Shown here: positions 14,288-25,358 of the stretch, piece by piece | How the letters are laid out: every line of letters starts with the position of its first letter | How positions within the stretch are numbered: position 1 is the stretch's first letter | Source: Paragordius varius | Taxonomy: Eukaryota; Animalia; Nematomorpha | Direction: 5' to 3' | Assembly (NCBI GenBank): GCA_964247055.1 | Contig: OZ176051.1 | Coordinates: forward strand, 10,416,001-10,480,000 | Length of the DNA stretch: 64,000 nt | Notes under the pieces: generated by a model | Databases searched by the model: none | Seen by the model: the letters and a program-made list of their open reading frames with translations, nothing else | Told to the model about the DNA's origin: nothing | Translations under genes and position numbers: made by a program

Positions 14288-16321
14288 ATGGAAAACCCCG
14301 AGCTTTTCACTCTACTTGATATTTTATTAGATTTTTCCCACTGTAACGGTACTTAATATAAATTATATTTAATAAAACTTGCTTGCATTTTTGACGCTTG
14401 ATTTTAAATGTATCCAAACTTATTATATCACAAGTATTTAAATATATCTTAAATTGCAAATTTAGCAATGACCTCCCCCTATGATATATATCAAAATATT
14501 ATATTTTTTCTAAAAAATAATGATTCTGTTTTAGAATTACATATTACAATACAATCGTTAAGGCCATTTAATTTTTTGTAGAATCTATGGGCCAAATTAT
14601 AGATGTTATTGGATTATCAGATATGCCAGTACCAGGATTGTCTGAAAGTTTGAGCGAAATGATAGGAAAAGGCACTATTTTGTTGTTTTGATTTTAGAAA
14701 TAAACCATAAGATGGGACACGACGATAAAGATCAATTAATATTGAATGGTGTAATTTACAATTATGAAAATAATATGCCCGGTCGATTGGATCATGGATA
14801 TACCCAAAGATTAAAACATGGACCTATTGAAAATCATATCGATGCTAAAACTAAAATGAAACATAATAACTCATCATTAGGAGATGAGAATGAAAGTATT
14901 ACTACAGTGAAAGCAGCATCCAAAGTTAGATCGAAATTGTTTTTTCCTCCAACACGTCGACCCATAGCGATAGAACAATTGGAATTGTATGTACAAGCTC
15001 TTCGAGCCAATAATTTTGCCTTTTTACTCCGAGAGTATGAAGATCTTTGTTCCATCAGCCCAATGTGCCCCAGAAACGTGGGTACAAGTGAAATCAATGA
15101 ACCCCGAAATCGGTATCGAAATATTGTACCTTACGATCACAGTAGAGTTCGGCTAAAACCGATTTGGGATTCAACATTCATCAATAACAATGACAATGCT
15201 GCTAATTGTTTAGAAACTTTAGATTACATAAATGCAAATATAATCCCTGGGTTTCGTAACGCTCGGACATACATTGCTGCCCAAGCGCCATTAGCTATCA
15301 CTGTAATTGATCATTGGCGAATGATTTGGCAACTAAAGGTAAATTTGGCTGTCATGATAACTGATTTAACTGAAAGGGGTAAAACTAAATGTGTAATGTA
15401 TTGGCCCAAACCGGGGCATCCGATAAAATATGGCGCCATAGAAGTAGGAATACTTTTTTAATTTAATGAATCTAGGTGGTAAATTTGAAGGAAGAAATCA
15501 AAGATGATTATGTGTTTCGTGTATTCCGTTTATGCATGAACCCAACTCAAAATGTAACTGCATCATCGATTGTGGAAAAACGTTATCTCAAACATTTTCA
15601 GTATCTAAAATGGCCGGATATGAAAACACCCGAAGACTCGGAATCCCTGATTTCTTTTATACGAGAAATTCGTCGCTTAAACGCAAAAGCTTTATCAAAA
15701 GAAAACAGGCATCCGATCTTAGTGCATTGCAGCGCTGGGGTGGGTCGTACTGGAACATACATTGCTATAGATAGACTTTTGCAAGAACTTGAGCAAAAGG
15801 GCATTATTCATTGCATGGTGGTTCCATCCTTAAATACGAATAGTTTTGATAGACGCGCTTCACTAAACATATCAAAATCATCTCGTAACGGAAAAGATAA
15901 AACTAGGAGATTATCTTTAATTGAAAAAATAACCGCTTCCCTACCGGTCGACCTAACTACAGGTGACAGAAAAAACGTGGCAAGTAGAAAAACGAAGATT
16001 GCCAGTATAGATATATTTCACACCGTGTATGATTTGCGAATTTATCGATGTTTAATGGTACAAACAGCAAGACAATACATGTTTTTGTATGACTTTATTT
16101 TGGACATTATACAATTGGAAACAGATCCTATCCGTTTTAGAGAACGAAAATTACAGGAGAAGCAATTAAGCCTTTCAGGGATATCACCATACGCCAATCT
16201 CACCAGTAAAAATGATATTATTTTTGAGCCTGAAATACCTATTGAATTACATGAAATATTTCTTAGATCTGCTTGTTGCTGTTGTCCATTCATATTTAAT
16301 AAATCTGATTTTTTGATATAA
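14288..16321 (+). CDS. Classical protein tyrosine phosphatase, single catalytic domain, R3-subtype-like
   Basis: Core exons 14698-15443 and 15476-16321. Upstream exons are less certain: 14582-14647 (or -14671) and a possible first exon 14288-14348. Motifs RNRYRNIVPYD, DYINAN, YIAAQAPL, KCVMYWP, WPD, VHCSAGVGRTG, MVQT are all intact; RRPI juxtamembrane-like segment and C-terminal YANL. Confidence 0.9.
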
Positions 16322-16579
16322 ATAATTTTTGGTATGAACTCATGAATAAAATTTTTAGTAATCGAAATATGTAAATTCAGCAATAAATTATTTAAATGTA
16401 CATTTTTTTATAAATATTAGCGGATAATTGTAAGTTTTAGCCATCTCATAAATCCAATAGTAGTTATAAGTTTGAAAGATGCTATGATTTTTATAAAGTA
16501 TTTTATACTTTTTTATATGTTAAAACAATTTTTTTTGATATTTTCTAAATTTAAATGGACACTTTCAAAAAAATTATAT

Positions 16580-16920
16580 TATATCATGTTCAAATTCACC
16601 TTGGAACAATTCAAATTCACCCTCGAACAATTCAAACTCACCCTTGAACAATTCAAATTCACCTTTGTACAATTCAAATAACCCTATAAATAAATTATGT
16701 GTTTTTGAACTAATATGACTCATTATTAATATGAAATATATGTTAATGGTAAAATTTATTATTTTTCCAGTATTAATATAGGTAATTTTTAATCTTAAAA
16801 AACATATATTTTATTTGAGTGTGAATTTGAATTGTTCGAGGGTGAATTTGAATTGAAGGGTGAATTTGAATTTTTCAAAGGTGATTTTGAGTTATGGGAA
16901 ATTGAATTGTAAATGGTATA
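16580..16920. mobile_element. Second copy of the 21-bp-unit foldback element
   Basis: 16590-16685 holds TTGAACAATTCAAATTCACCC tandem units; 16815-16900 holds the inverted units; terminus AATTGTAAATGGTATA is identical to 452-467. Confidence 0.75.
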
Positions 16921-17620
16921 GATTTTTTTTTGATTTCGTAGTTCCGGCTCTTGAATAACTTAATAATTTAATCAACAAAATTACCCATTTTAGGAACCAA
17001 CTCAAATCATTGGATTTTTTCTCAAAATATATTATATAAATGACATCACATTATACAAATTGTCTATTGACCTTAATAATAATTTTACGATTTCAATAGA
17101 TGATTTTGGTGGTGGAAAAACGCACAATTGTGATAAGTTTGGGTTAAAATAAATAATTGTTATAAACACATAAAAATCTAAACAATGACATAAAAAGTAC
17201 AATATTAAATTTTTAAAAAAATTGGTGGAATGAGTTTGGTTGGGTAACTTTAAAATGTGTTTAGTATGGAGTGAAGGCAAGCTTAAAACTAACCTGCTTT
17301 TACAGGTATTAATATTTTTGATAACATGCCCTCCCATTGTTCACCAAGATTGCCATTTTCTTTAATTAATTTTTAAAAGAATAAATATCCTTTTTTATAT
17401 GGAATAGTGTTGAAAGTAAATTTTTAGTGCGCTAATATTTCAAAAATTTATTTTTTCTCGCGAAAAAATTGAAAACATGACCGCTCAAAATATTGAAGGG
17501 TATAATAAATTCCGTAACTTAATTATGTTTATAACTTTAGTCAAAATGTTATTAAGAAAAGGGAAACGCTCTCTATTTATATTGTGAGTAGTATTTATGA
17601 TTTAACATTCGATAACAAAC

Positions 17621-18452
17621 TTATTCGCTACAATCTTCAAGCATTTGTCTTTCATGGAAATAATTGCGTATTTCACGTATGTTTTTTATATTATAGCGTT
17701 CCGAAAACGTTAATGTACGATGACAAAGAGTCGGTTTCTTGTGACTTTGAGACTTTTTATAATATTTATCTTCACAGCTGGCTTTTAGATTATACCAACT
17801 TTTTGTGTTATCATCATAGGTTTCTTTGCATTTACAACCAGCTACTTTAAAACCTTGGCATAATTTGCCTGAAAATTCTAGCAACTGAACCATGTACAGT
17901 GTGTTGGCTGTTTTTTTAGCTTTAAGCACTAACGAATCTGAAAGGTTTACATGTGTCTTTATCCAATCATCTATAAACCTATGTTTGTATTTCAGTGAAT
18001 GTGAATTTGATTTGGATATCATGCTATGATTGGTAGTTTTTTGCGACTTTTTATATGTATAACTATTTTTATGCCATATTTTTTTGGCTGAAACACCTTG
18101 TGTATAGCGATCATCCGAAATTATCTGTAAAAAAATCAGAGAAACTAACCAAAAAAACATATTTTAAAGCATTATTTTAATATGATGGAAAAAAACATTA
18201 AAATCAAAATAAATGAATGATTGTTAAATCTTATTATTATTATTATTTAAAATTTTTGTATTATCCAAATATACCATTCCAATAATATCAAATAAGTGGT
18301 TTATCAATTTAACACAATGCTTACGCTAACTGTACAAACAAACTTGAATATTTTTTTCTATTTCTAGCGGAGTAAATACCAAGTGGAACCGAACCAAAAA
18401 TGGTTTTACCAACTATTTTTTTACATGCTTCTGGTTCCAATGTAATTTTCGT
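17621..18452 (-). CDS. Uncharacterised basic, Cys-containing protein (5' part not found)
   Basis: Terminal exon 18124-17621 (TTACAG acceptor, 167 codons plus stop) joined in phase 0 to an exon ending at 18325 (GTAAGC donor; ...EPEACKKIVGKTIFGSVPLGIYSARNRKKYSSFVCTVS). No family recognised. Confidence 0.55.
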
Positions 18453-18503
18453 TAAACTTAAATATATGAATGTACAGTTATCAAGGAGTCATGTTCGTAT
18501 AAC

Positions 18504-18743
18504 CAGGGGTGTCCACATGAGGCCCCCGATTCATTATGCGGCTCGCTAGGAACTTGGAAATTCATAATTTTTAAATATGCTTACATAATCTTACTAAAAT
18601 TGATGTTCAAACAATTTTGATGAATAAGCACCTCCATGCTATAAACTAGATAATCGTTAATTGCCCATATATATTTCGAATGCGGCACGATGATTTTTTT
18701 TAATTGAAATGGCCTGCGAAGTCATTTGTTTTGGACATAGCGG
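18504..18743 (+). mobile_element. hAT-type MITE (CAGGGGTGTCCA family)
   Basis: Left end CAGGGGTGTCCAC, decayed right end TTGGACATAGCGG, GCGGCCC-like subterminal motifs; internal ATATATATTTCGAATGCGGC shared with the copy at 49535-49807. Confidence 0.6.
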
Positions 18744-20199
18744 CGTAGTTTGCATTTCTGTCGCCGGGTGCATGAAACCGGGATGGCGCCCCCTCCCCCT
18801 TCCTACAACCCCTTGGATTTTTTAAAAAATAATCACAACCGTGAGCGGCTTGATGCGGCCCATCCTATACAGAAATACAGGAAAAAACAGGCCCATTCAA
18901 CCCCCTTCTTTTGAAAACGACGGCTTGCTTAGCAAATGTATCAGTAATCAAAAAATAATGATATTAGTTTCTGCGCGAAAATTTCAATTTTAAATATCAA
19001 TTTTGTATAAAAGCAATATTCAAACTGCTTTCGAAAGCGTGGTCGACTAAAAAATTAATAGAGAATGACTTGCATCCGAAGAATGGCAATCCTTAGATAT
19101 TAAGAAACATCAAAAAATTGTCACAAAGTTAAATAATTTTCATGGAAACTGCATCCCTAGACATATGTTATATATATATATATATAATCCACATTTTTTT
19201 CCCTATCGCATTATTATTAAGGACCTATTGTATGGAAAAATATTGAGGCACCGTTGTTAGTTAGAGGTATTGTCGAATTAGTCGAAAATACTGCGGCCCT
19301 CTTGTGGAGCAGAAGTGTTTTATTGTCTAAAAATACGGCCCGTTGTTGTGGAGAGGTGTTGTTGATTATATTATCTGAAGGTATTGGTCGGATCTAAAAA
19401 TGTTGGGCCGCCGTTGTTGGGCATTAAAGTGGAATTGGTATTATGATTATTACCATTATGCAAATATGATTGCAACCCTTCTCTTTTATGTGAGATATAA
19501 TTTGCTTATTTCATTTTTATTTTAACCGCTATGCTTAAACATTCCTGATAATAAAAATTTACTTAAAATAATTATAATTCTTATTTGAACGATTATCCTA
19601 TCCTACCCTGATTATACTACAGAGCAAATTAAAAATATTAAGGCTTTAGTATAGTAAAAACAGGAATTTAAAACGGAACCGTTGTCAAGTCATATTTTTT
19701 CTGATTTCGGTTCCTGTTCCATTTTTGATGATTAAATTTAATCAAAACGGTTAGACTGATCAAAAATCTTAAATTTAGATAAACAAATTATACATTAAGC
19801 AAACATAAATTGTTTAACCGGTTTATACGTAGCGTAGCTCTAATTCACTTATAAATATTGATTTATATAATATATTTGATGGCCATATGTTAAAGTGCTT
19901 TAAGCTGCGTGGTTTATTTTGAATATTAAACATATATGAAATAATTGTATCAAAATAAATATATAATCATATTTAACACATCTCTAATGGATAATGAAAT
20001 AATGAAAAAAGAAACATTTTAATTTCCATTAAGCATGGTTATAAGGGAAACAAAAAAAGGAAAAAGAAAAAACACGGCAAAATGTATGTAGATGGTATAC
20101 CATGCCCTGAATTGGGAAATAAAAAATTAACAACATTTATTTTAGAATTTGATCTTATAATATAAATTTAAAGAATTTTATCATAATGGGTGATAATGA

Positions 20200-20420
20200 G
20201 CGGGAAATATATATAATTTTGAAAGAAAGACTTTATTCCTATATCTGACACTTTGGTGATTTAAAGCAAATATTTGAAGGTAGGTTTCATGAATAATATG
20301 AACAGGTGGAGGTTAAGAAAGGTAGGCGCTTCAAGATAAAGTGGAGAGATATAATAAAGATATGAAACAGTTGGATAGATTAAAATATTCATAATACTAA
20401 AGGAGAATTTTGATCAATCG
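20200..20420 (+). mobile_element. Highly decayed 3' fragment of an RTE-like LINE
   Basis: Broken reading gives LKQIFEGR...KKGRRFKIKWRDIIK.DMKQ, resembling the GRP..W.D.I..D C-terminus of RTE ORFs. Confidence 0.35.
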
Positions 20421-21770
20421 AAGGTCATGGCCACTCATAAATGGGTAATTTTTTTATGCATCATTTAATAACTTCTAACTATTTTTTTGAAATAAAATTA
20501 AATTTTTATAAAATCAGGCGCCTTTCAACTATGGCACCCGGTACATCAGCCCCCCTTTCCACCCTAGCTACGCTACTAGTTAGACACTCCTGGCATATAC
20601 CGACATTTTCGATCATTCATACTATACTTATTAAAAAAAAATTCAAACGGTTTCAAAAAATTCCGAACCTTTTTTAGAATTGTTTGGGCTTTTCCATACG
20701 CTTCTAAAAAAGATTATTTTTACGAGGTCCATAAAAACGTCCCCAACTATCATCCTCGATAATTATAAATAAAGACAACTATTTTGATTAATTTGTTATC
20801 ATTCAAGTATATTTTATTATAAGGCAGACAGACAATTAGCCTTGAGCATTCCGCATGCCAAATGATATTTTCCCATGGTAATTATCATAAAAATTTGAAG
20901 GGCCGAAAAATTTTTCTCTCTCAAAGGTCGTATACACCATATGATACTGATAAATGTTTTATAGCTGTTTGACACATTAGCAGATATTTATACTCCAAAA
21001 CATCGATAAGTTAATAAATAATTTAACCCTAAAAAGTACTTTTAGTGCCGCGGTTTGATTACCATTGTTTTACAATATTAATAAAATGACTAACCGTAAA
21101 ATAGATGGCGTGTTTTTTATCATTTTAATATCATCCGTTACAAATCCATATTTTTATATCATAATGTCAATGAGAGATATTATTAATAAATGAAAAATAT
21201 AATTTTTCCAAGAAGAAATATTTATAAATTATTTTTCAAATCAATATACATGTTATAATAGTCAAATCAATGAAAAATGATGAAAATGTAATTTTATGAG
21301 ATTCATCAATGATATTTTCCTCTCGTCCTGATATACAAACAATGTTTCCAATATTCATTTTTATTAACGCTTATAATACCCAGTTTGCTAAGCAACTTTT
21401 CCAAATACTTATTCTCAACTCCTTGTAAAAACTAGGTGCTTAATTTATTCATTACCTAATAAATAAAACAGTAAAGATGAAAATCAAATATCTAGTAGTC
21501 TTCTTTGTGCCCAATAAAAAACTTTTTAAAACCGATTTTCATGTTAGATCAGAAGGAAATCAGCCCTAGTAATATCATCATATAAATAGCTTAATAACCG
21601 TCAAAAATATCGGCGCTTATGTGAGGAATTCCCAAAATTTTCATGTTATTTATTATAATTTATTTAAGTTAATCAATAATTCCCTTTTTTAGTCCAATAT
21701 GATAGATAGTGCCAACGGTATTGTATAAAAAATTATATTATATTGGTGTTTAATCATTTAACTACAACCA

Positions 21771-24700
21771 TTAATTTTTTAATTCTGATACTTTAAGTTT
21801 GAGTAATGGTTTAAAACTTTCCAATATTTTGCCATGGTATTCATAACATGGTTTTATGCACGCATCATCCCAATATTTGGTTATCGAAGCAATTAAAAGT
21901 TTGTCATTAATTAGGTTGTCTAGAATATTTGTCGTATGTTGATTATCTTGAGATGGCAGCATATGATCAATCATTTTGGGTAAATTATGGTAACATATGG
22001 CAATCCCTTGACGAATAATGAAAAGTTGCAAATCAGCCAAACTATATTGGTTAAAAAAGCTTATATTAGGTCACGATTTTACAATAAAAATTAGAATCAT
22101 CAATTAGCTGACAAAATTTCCGAATTTTAAAAATTATGCATAAAAATGGTGTAAATCCATATATCTTATACTATAGAAGAATTATAATAAATCATATTAA
22201 TATGCACAAATAAGGTAATAATTTTGATAGTGAAAAAAATAAATTAAAAAATATATTGTGATATTTTTTCTACTTTTTTAAACTATCGGCAATAGAATAT
22301 ATGTTGTCGCTATTTTTTGCCAGCTTGTCATCATCATTATTATCTGTCCTACTTTTCAATTGTGACAACAGAATAAATTGTGAGGCACGATTAAAATATT
22401 CGAAAGAGAAGCATAAAATGTTGACTATCGCTTTCAAGACTTCATTAAAGAAAAATGTTTTCTTAGACGTCCTATTCAAAACATGGTTGTCATTATTATT
22501 AAATTTCGTTTCTAAAATGGATTTTAGCGCATTTTGATTATTTGGTAGACATGATATTATCAATTCACGCAAGTCTTCGTTTAGTGTTAAAGTTACGTAA
22601 TCATTGACAGTATCCATATATTTTTGCATAGCCTAAAAATACATAAAACAAAAGGGTCATTAAATTTTTGTAGGATAGTTAATCATGAAATCTAAATAAA
22701 CCAACATACCGTTATAATTTTTGAAGGATATAGAGTTAAGGTTCGTTTTTTCCTGGCAGAAATCTCAGATTCCTGAGAACCCAATGTATAATTATTAATG
22801 TTTAAGTTTAGAATAGCATTGTATTTTTCAAAATCCTTATATGCAATCGATACAGACGTTTGATCTATTAATTTTTCGTCCAACAATATAGAGCTAAGTG
22901 GTTCAAGTTGTAATACATTTTCCACCAAATCCATGTTTTGTTGAAGGCTAAGATTATCTGGCAAAAATAAAAAAATTGAAAAATAGGAGAAAAAATTATT
23001 ATTTATTTAAGTATATTTTACCCGTATCAAGTTTCTGGCATTTAATTTGACATTGCAGGGCTAACATCTCAAGAGCTTGTAACTGCGGATATTCTGTAAA
23101 AATGATAAATAATCAAAATTATTGATTAAATAATTTGTTTTCCTTTATGATGTTTGAGATTGTAAAAAAATATTTATAAACTGTGCATTTCAAAAAATAT
23201 TATCCATTTTTCCAAAAATACCATTAAATAAAATAATAAAATCAAATTTATTAATGTTTGTTGTTCATTTATGGTTTAAATCAACAAAGTAGGTTTTAAA
23301 ATAAATGTTTTCAGCAGTCGTATCTTAAAAACGTTATACAAATATTTAAAAACTGCCTAACTGTGAAAGATTATAGGAAACTGAAAATATACATCATCTA
23401 GATACCAAAAAAATTATACTACCTTTTCTATCTTCAAGTAAAGACTCCATATCTTTAGCATGTTGTTTGAGAACGGACTTTATGTTACTTATCAAATCAG
23501 TGTCTTGTTTCAAGGCAGAGTTTTGTCTTAAAGCCCTTGAATAGCCATTATTATCATTCTTTTTGTTTGCTGCCTCATGTAAAATACTGCTTAGCGTATC
23601 ACCTTTAAATGCGCTATCAAAAATTTTGATAAAATTATCGCTCGGTAAATTTTGTTCTTGCGAGGAAGTTTTAAATTTATCATCATTTTGTAGTTCCAAG
23701 GCTTCAAGTGTACGCTTTCCAACCGATTCTAGCGTGTTAAAACCATGATTTATAACTTTGGATCCCTTTACAAGCACAAAAACAAAATAAAATTTTTATA
23801 AATCATATTTAGATATACACTAGACATTCCACTTGCCTTTCTAACCCCAATTGTAGAATATTATCTGTATAATACGCTTTTTTTTCAAAACAAAAACCTT
23901 TTTAGTTAAAACAAAAAGTAAGTATGTGGAAAGGTGCGCACAACTTTTAGACGGTTCATTTTAAAACAGTGGAAATTTGAAAAAAACATGATTAGCAGAG
24001 ACTAATCTGAAAAGTTACATGGTAAAATCTGGTCTGCATATAAAATCAAAAACCACATAATAAAATGAGTTTAAATCTGCAAATAAATTTATCGTTTCAC
24101 TACTTATGTTTATTGTGATTGATAAACAAAGTTTTTAAAAACCTAATTAAAAAAACGCACATAAAATATGATAAAATAGTACAGATAAATCATACCAATC
24201 CAAACAAGCTCGCTCCAAAAGGCAAAAATTTTGATGTATCTTGTAATCGAGAATTACAATTAGTATCATTCTTATCGACAAAACTTTGTTCATTTGTCTT
24301 AGGAGAAAGTTTTAGCGGTTCCTCAGTTGCCATTGATTCAGGTGAGGGGATTGCCATAATTTTTTCCGCATTTTCAATCATACCCGCAATATTTTTTGTC
24401 AGGGATCCAAACGTAAAAGACCACGTGGGAGGAGATATGTCTGAAACGGATTTGGGATCATAGTTATTTAAATCATTCGAGCCTTTAGTATTTGATTTTT
24501 TATCATCTATTTGGGTATCTTTTGACGTCGCGAGTGAAAAATCGCCGGAAATTTCTTTTGTCCTATGACAATTAAGGTTTGAATTATGTTCGGAGCAAGT
24601 AAATACCCCTTTATAATGAGCTTTAATTACTAAATCGCTCAAATATTCATACACTATCACTATTTTTGTATAACCTATTTTTCTTATTACATATTCAAAA

Positions 24701-25221
24701 GTAAAAAAAGCAAAAAATCGGTACACAATTTTTATAAAAGGTCGTTTTCAAGCCCTTATATTCTTGTGAAGAATAAATATATCAAAACTTATAATATTGT
24801 TAGCCTAAAAAATCAATAAAAACGGCAAATAACCCTATTGACACCGTCTTTTTATTAACTTTGTATATAATATAATAAAGTAATTACGATTGCAAATAGT
24901 CTTTAGCTTTTTCGTCCTGTCTAATATTGAGTTCATCACTCAAATCGCCAAATTTTTCATGAGGTACTTTGTCATCAAAGTCACCATTGTTTACATCACT
25001 TTCGAAATTTTCTTCACTTTGGACGTTTTTAGGTACATGGTGAATCCTTATAAATAAAGAATAAAATTAAAATTTTTAATAGCACATTGAAAAAAAAACT
25101 TTTCATAGTCTTCATCAATATTCTTAGATGATAAATCCTCGATTTCTTTTACATTGATTTTATTTTCTGGGTTCAAATCATCTTCTTCGTCAGCACTTAT
25201 AAACTCTTCCGTGTCCGACAT
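21771..25221 (-). CDS. FAM114A2: FAM114 (FAM114A1/A2, Noxp20-like) protein
   Basis: Phase-consistent exons 25221-25100, 25046-24888, 24682-24196, 23765-23423, 23093-23022, 22957-22710, 22632-22274, 22041-21771. Motifs IAGMIENAEKIMAIPSP, GSKVINHGFNTLESVGKRTLEAL, QLQALEMLA and C-terminal ILESFKPLLKL parallel FAM114A2. An in-frame TGA directly precedes the ATG. Confidence 0.8.
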
Positions 25222-25245
25222 TCAAAATTTATAGACAGCTGTATT

Positions 25246-25301
25246 ATGGATAGTATTTTACCTTCAGAAGTGGATATCCTTATTATTGGAACAGGTTTTA
25301 A

Positions 25302-25358
<57 letters not shown>

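Noticed and set aside
7526-16383. Antisense or alternate-frame ORFs (7526-7822, 8146-8343, 11716-11916, 14834-15097, 15532-15774, 15598-15804, 16042-16383)
   Set aside because: They are shadows of real coding exons, with no independent motifs.
17032-17370. ORF 17032-17337 (-) and possible micro-exons on either strand
   Set aside because: I could not join the fragments in phase without stops, and there is no recognisable homology.
17621-18124. Spaetzle/neurotrophin cystine-knot identity for the orphan protein
   Set aside because: Only a weak C..CKETY resemblance; the terminal CxC is absent.
19240-19430. About four degenerate ~45-bp units as a coding repeat
   Set aside because: Stops occur in the frames checked; this is most likely a decayed minisatellite.
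19826-20578. MITE bounded by GTAGCGTAGCT / AGCTACGCTAC
   Set aside because: The short inverted match has no convincing TSD, and the interior is unrelated (RTE-like debris).
23822-23865. Extra FAM114 exon between 24196 and 23765
   Set aside because: The phase-0 reading hits a stop, and direct joining of the flanking exons is already in frame.
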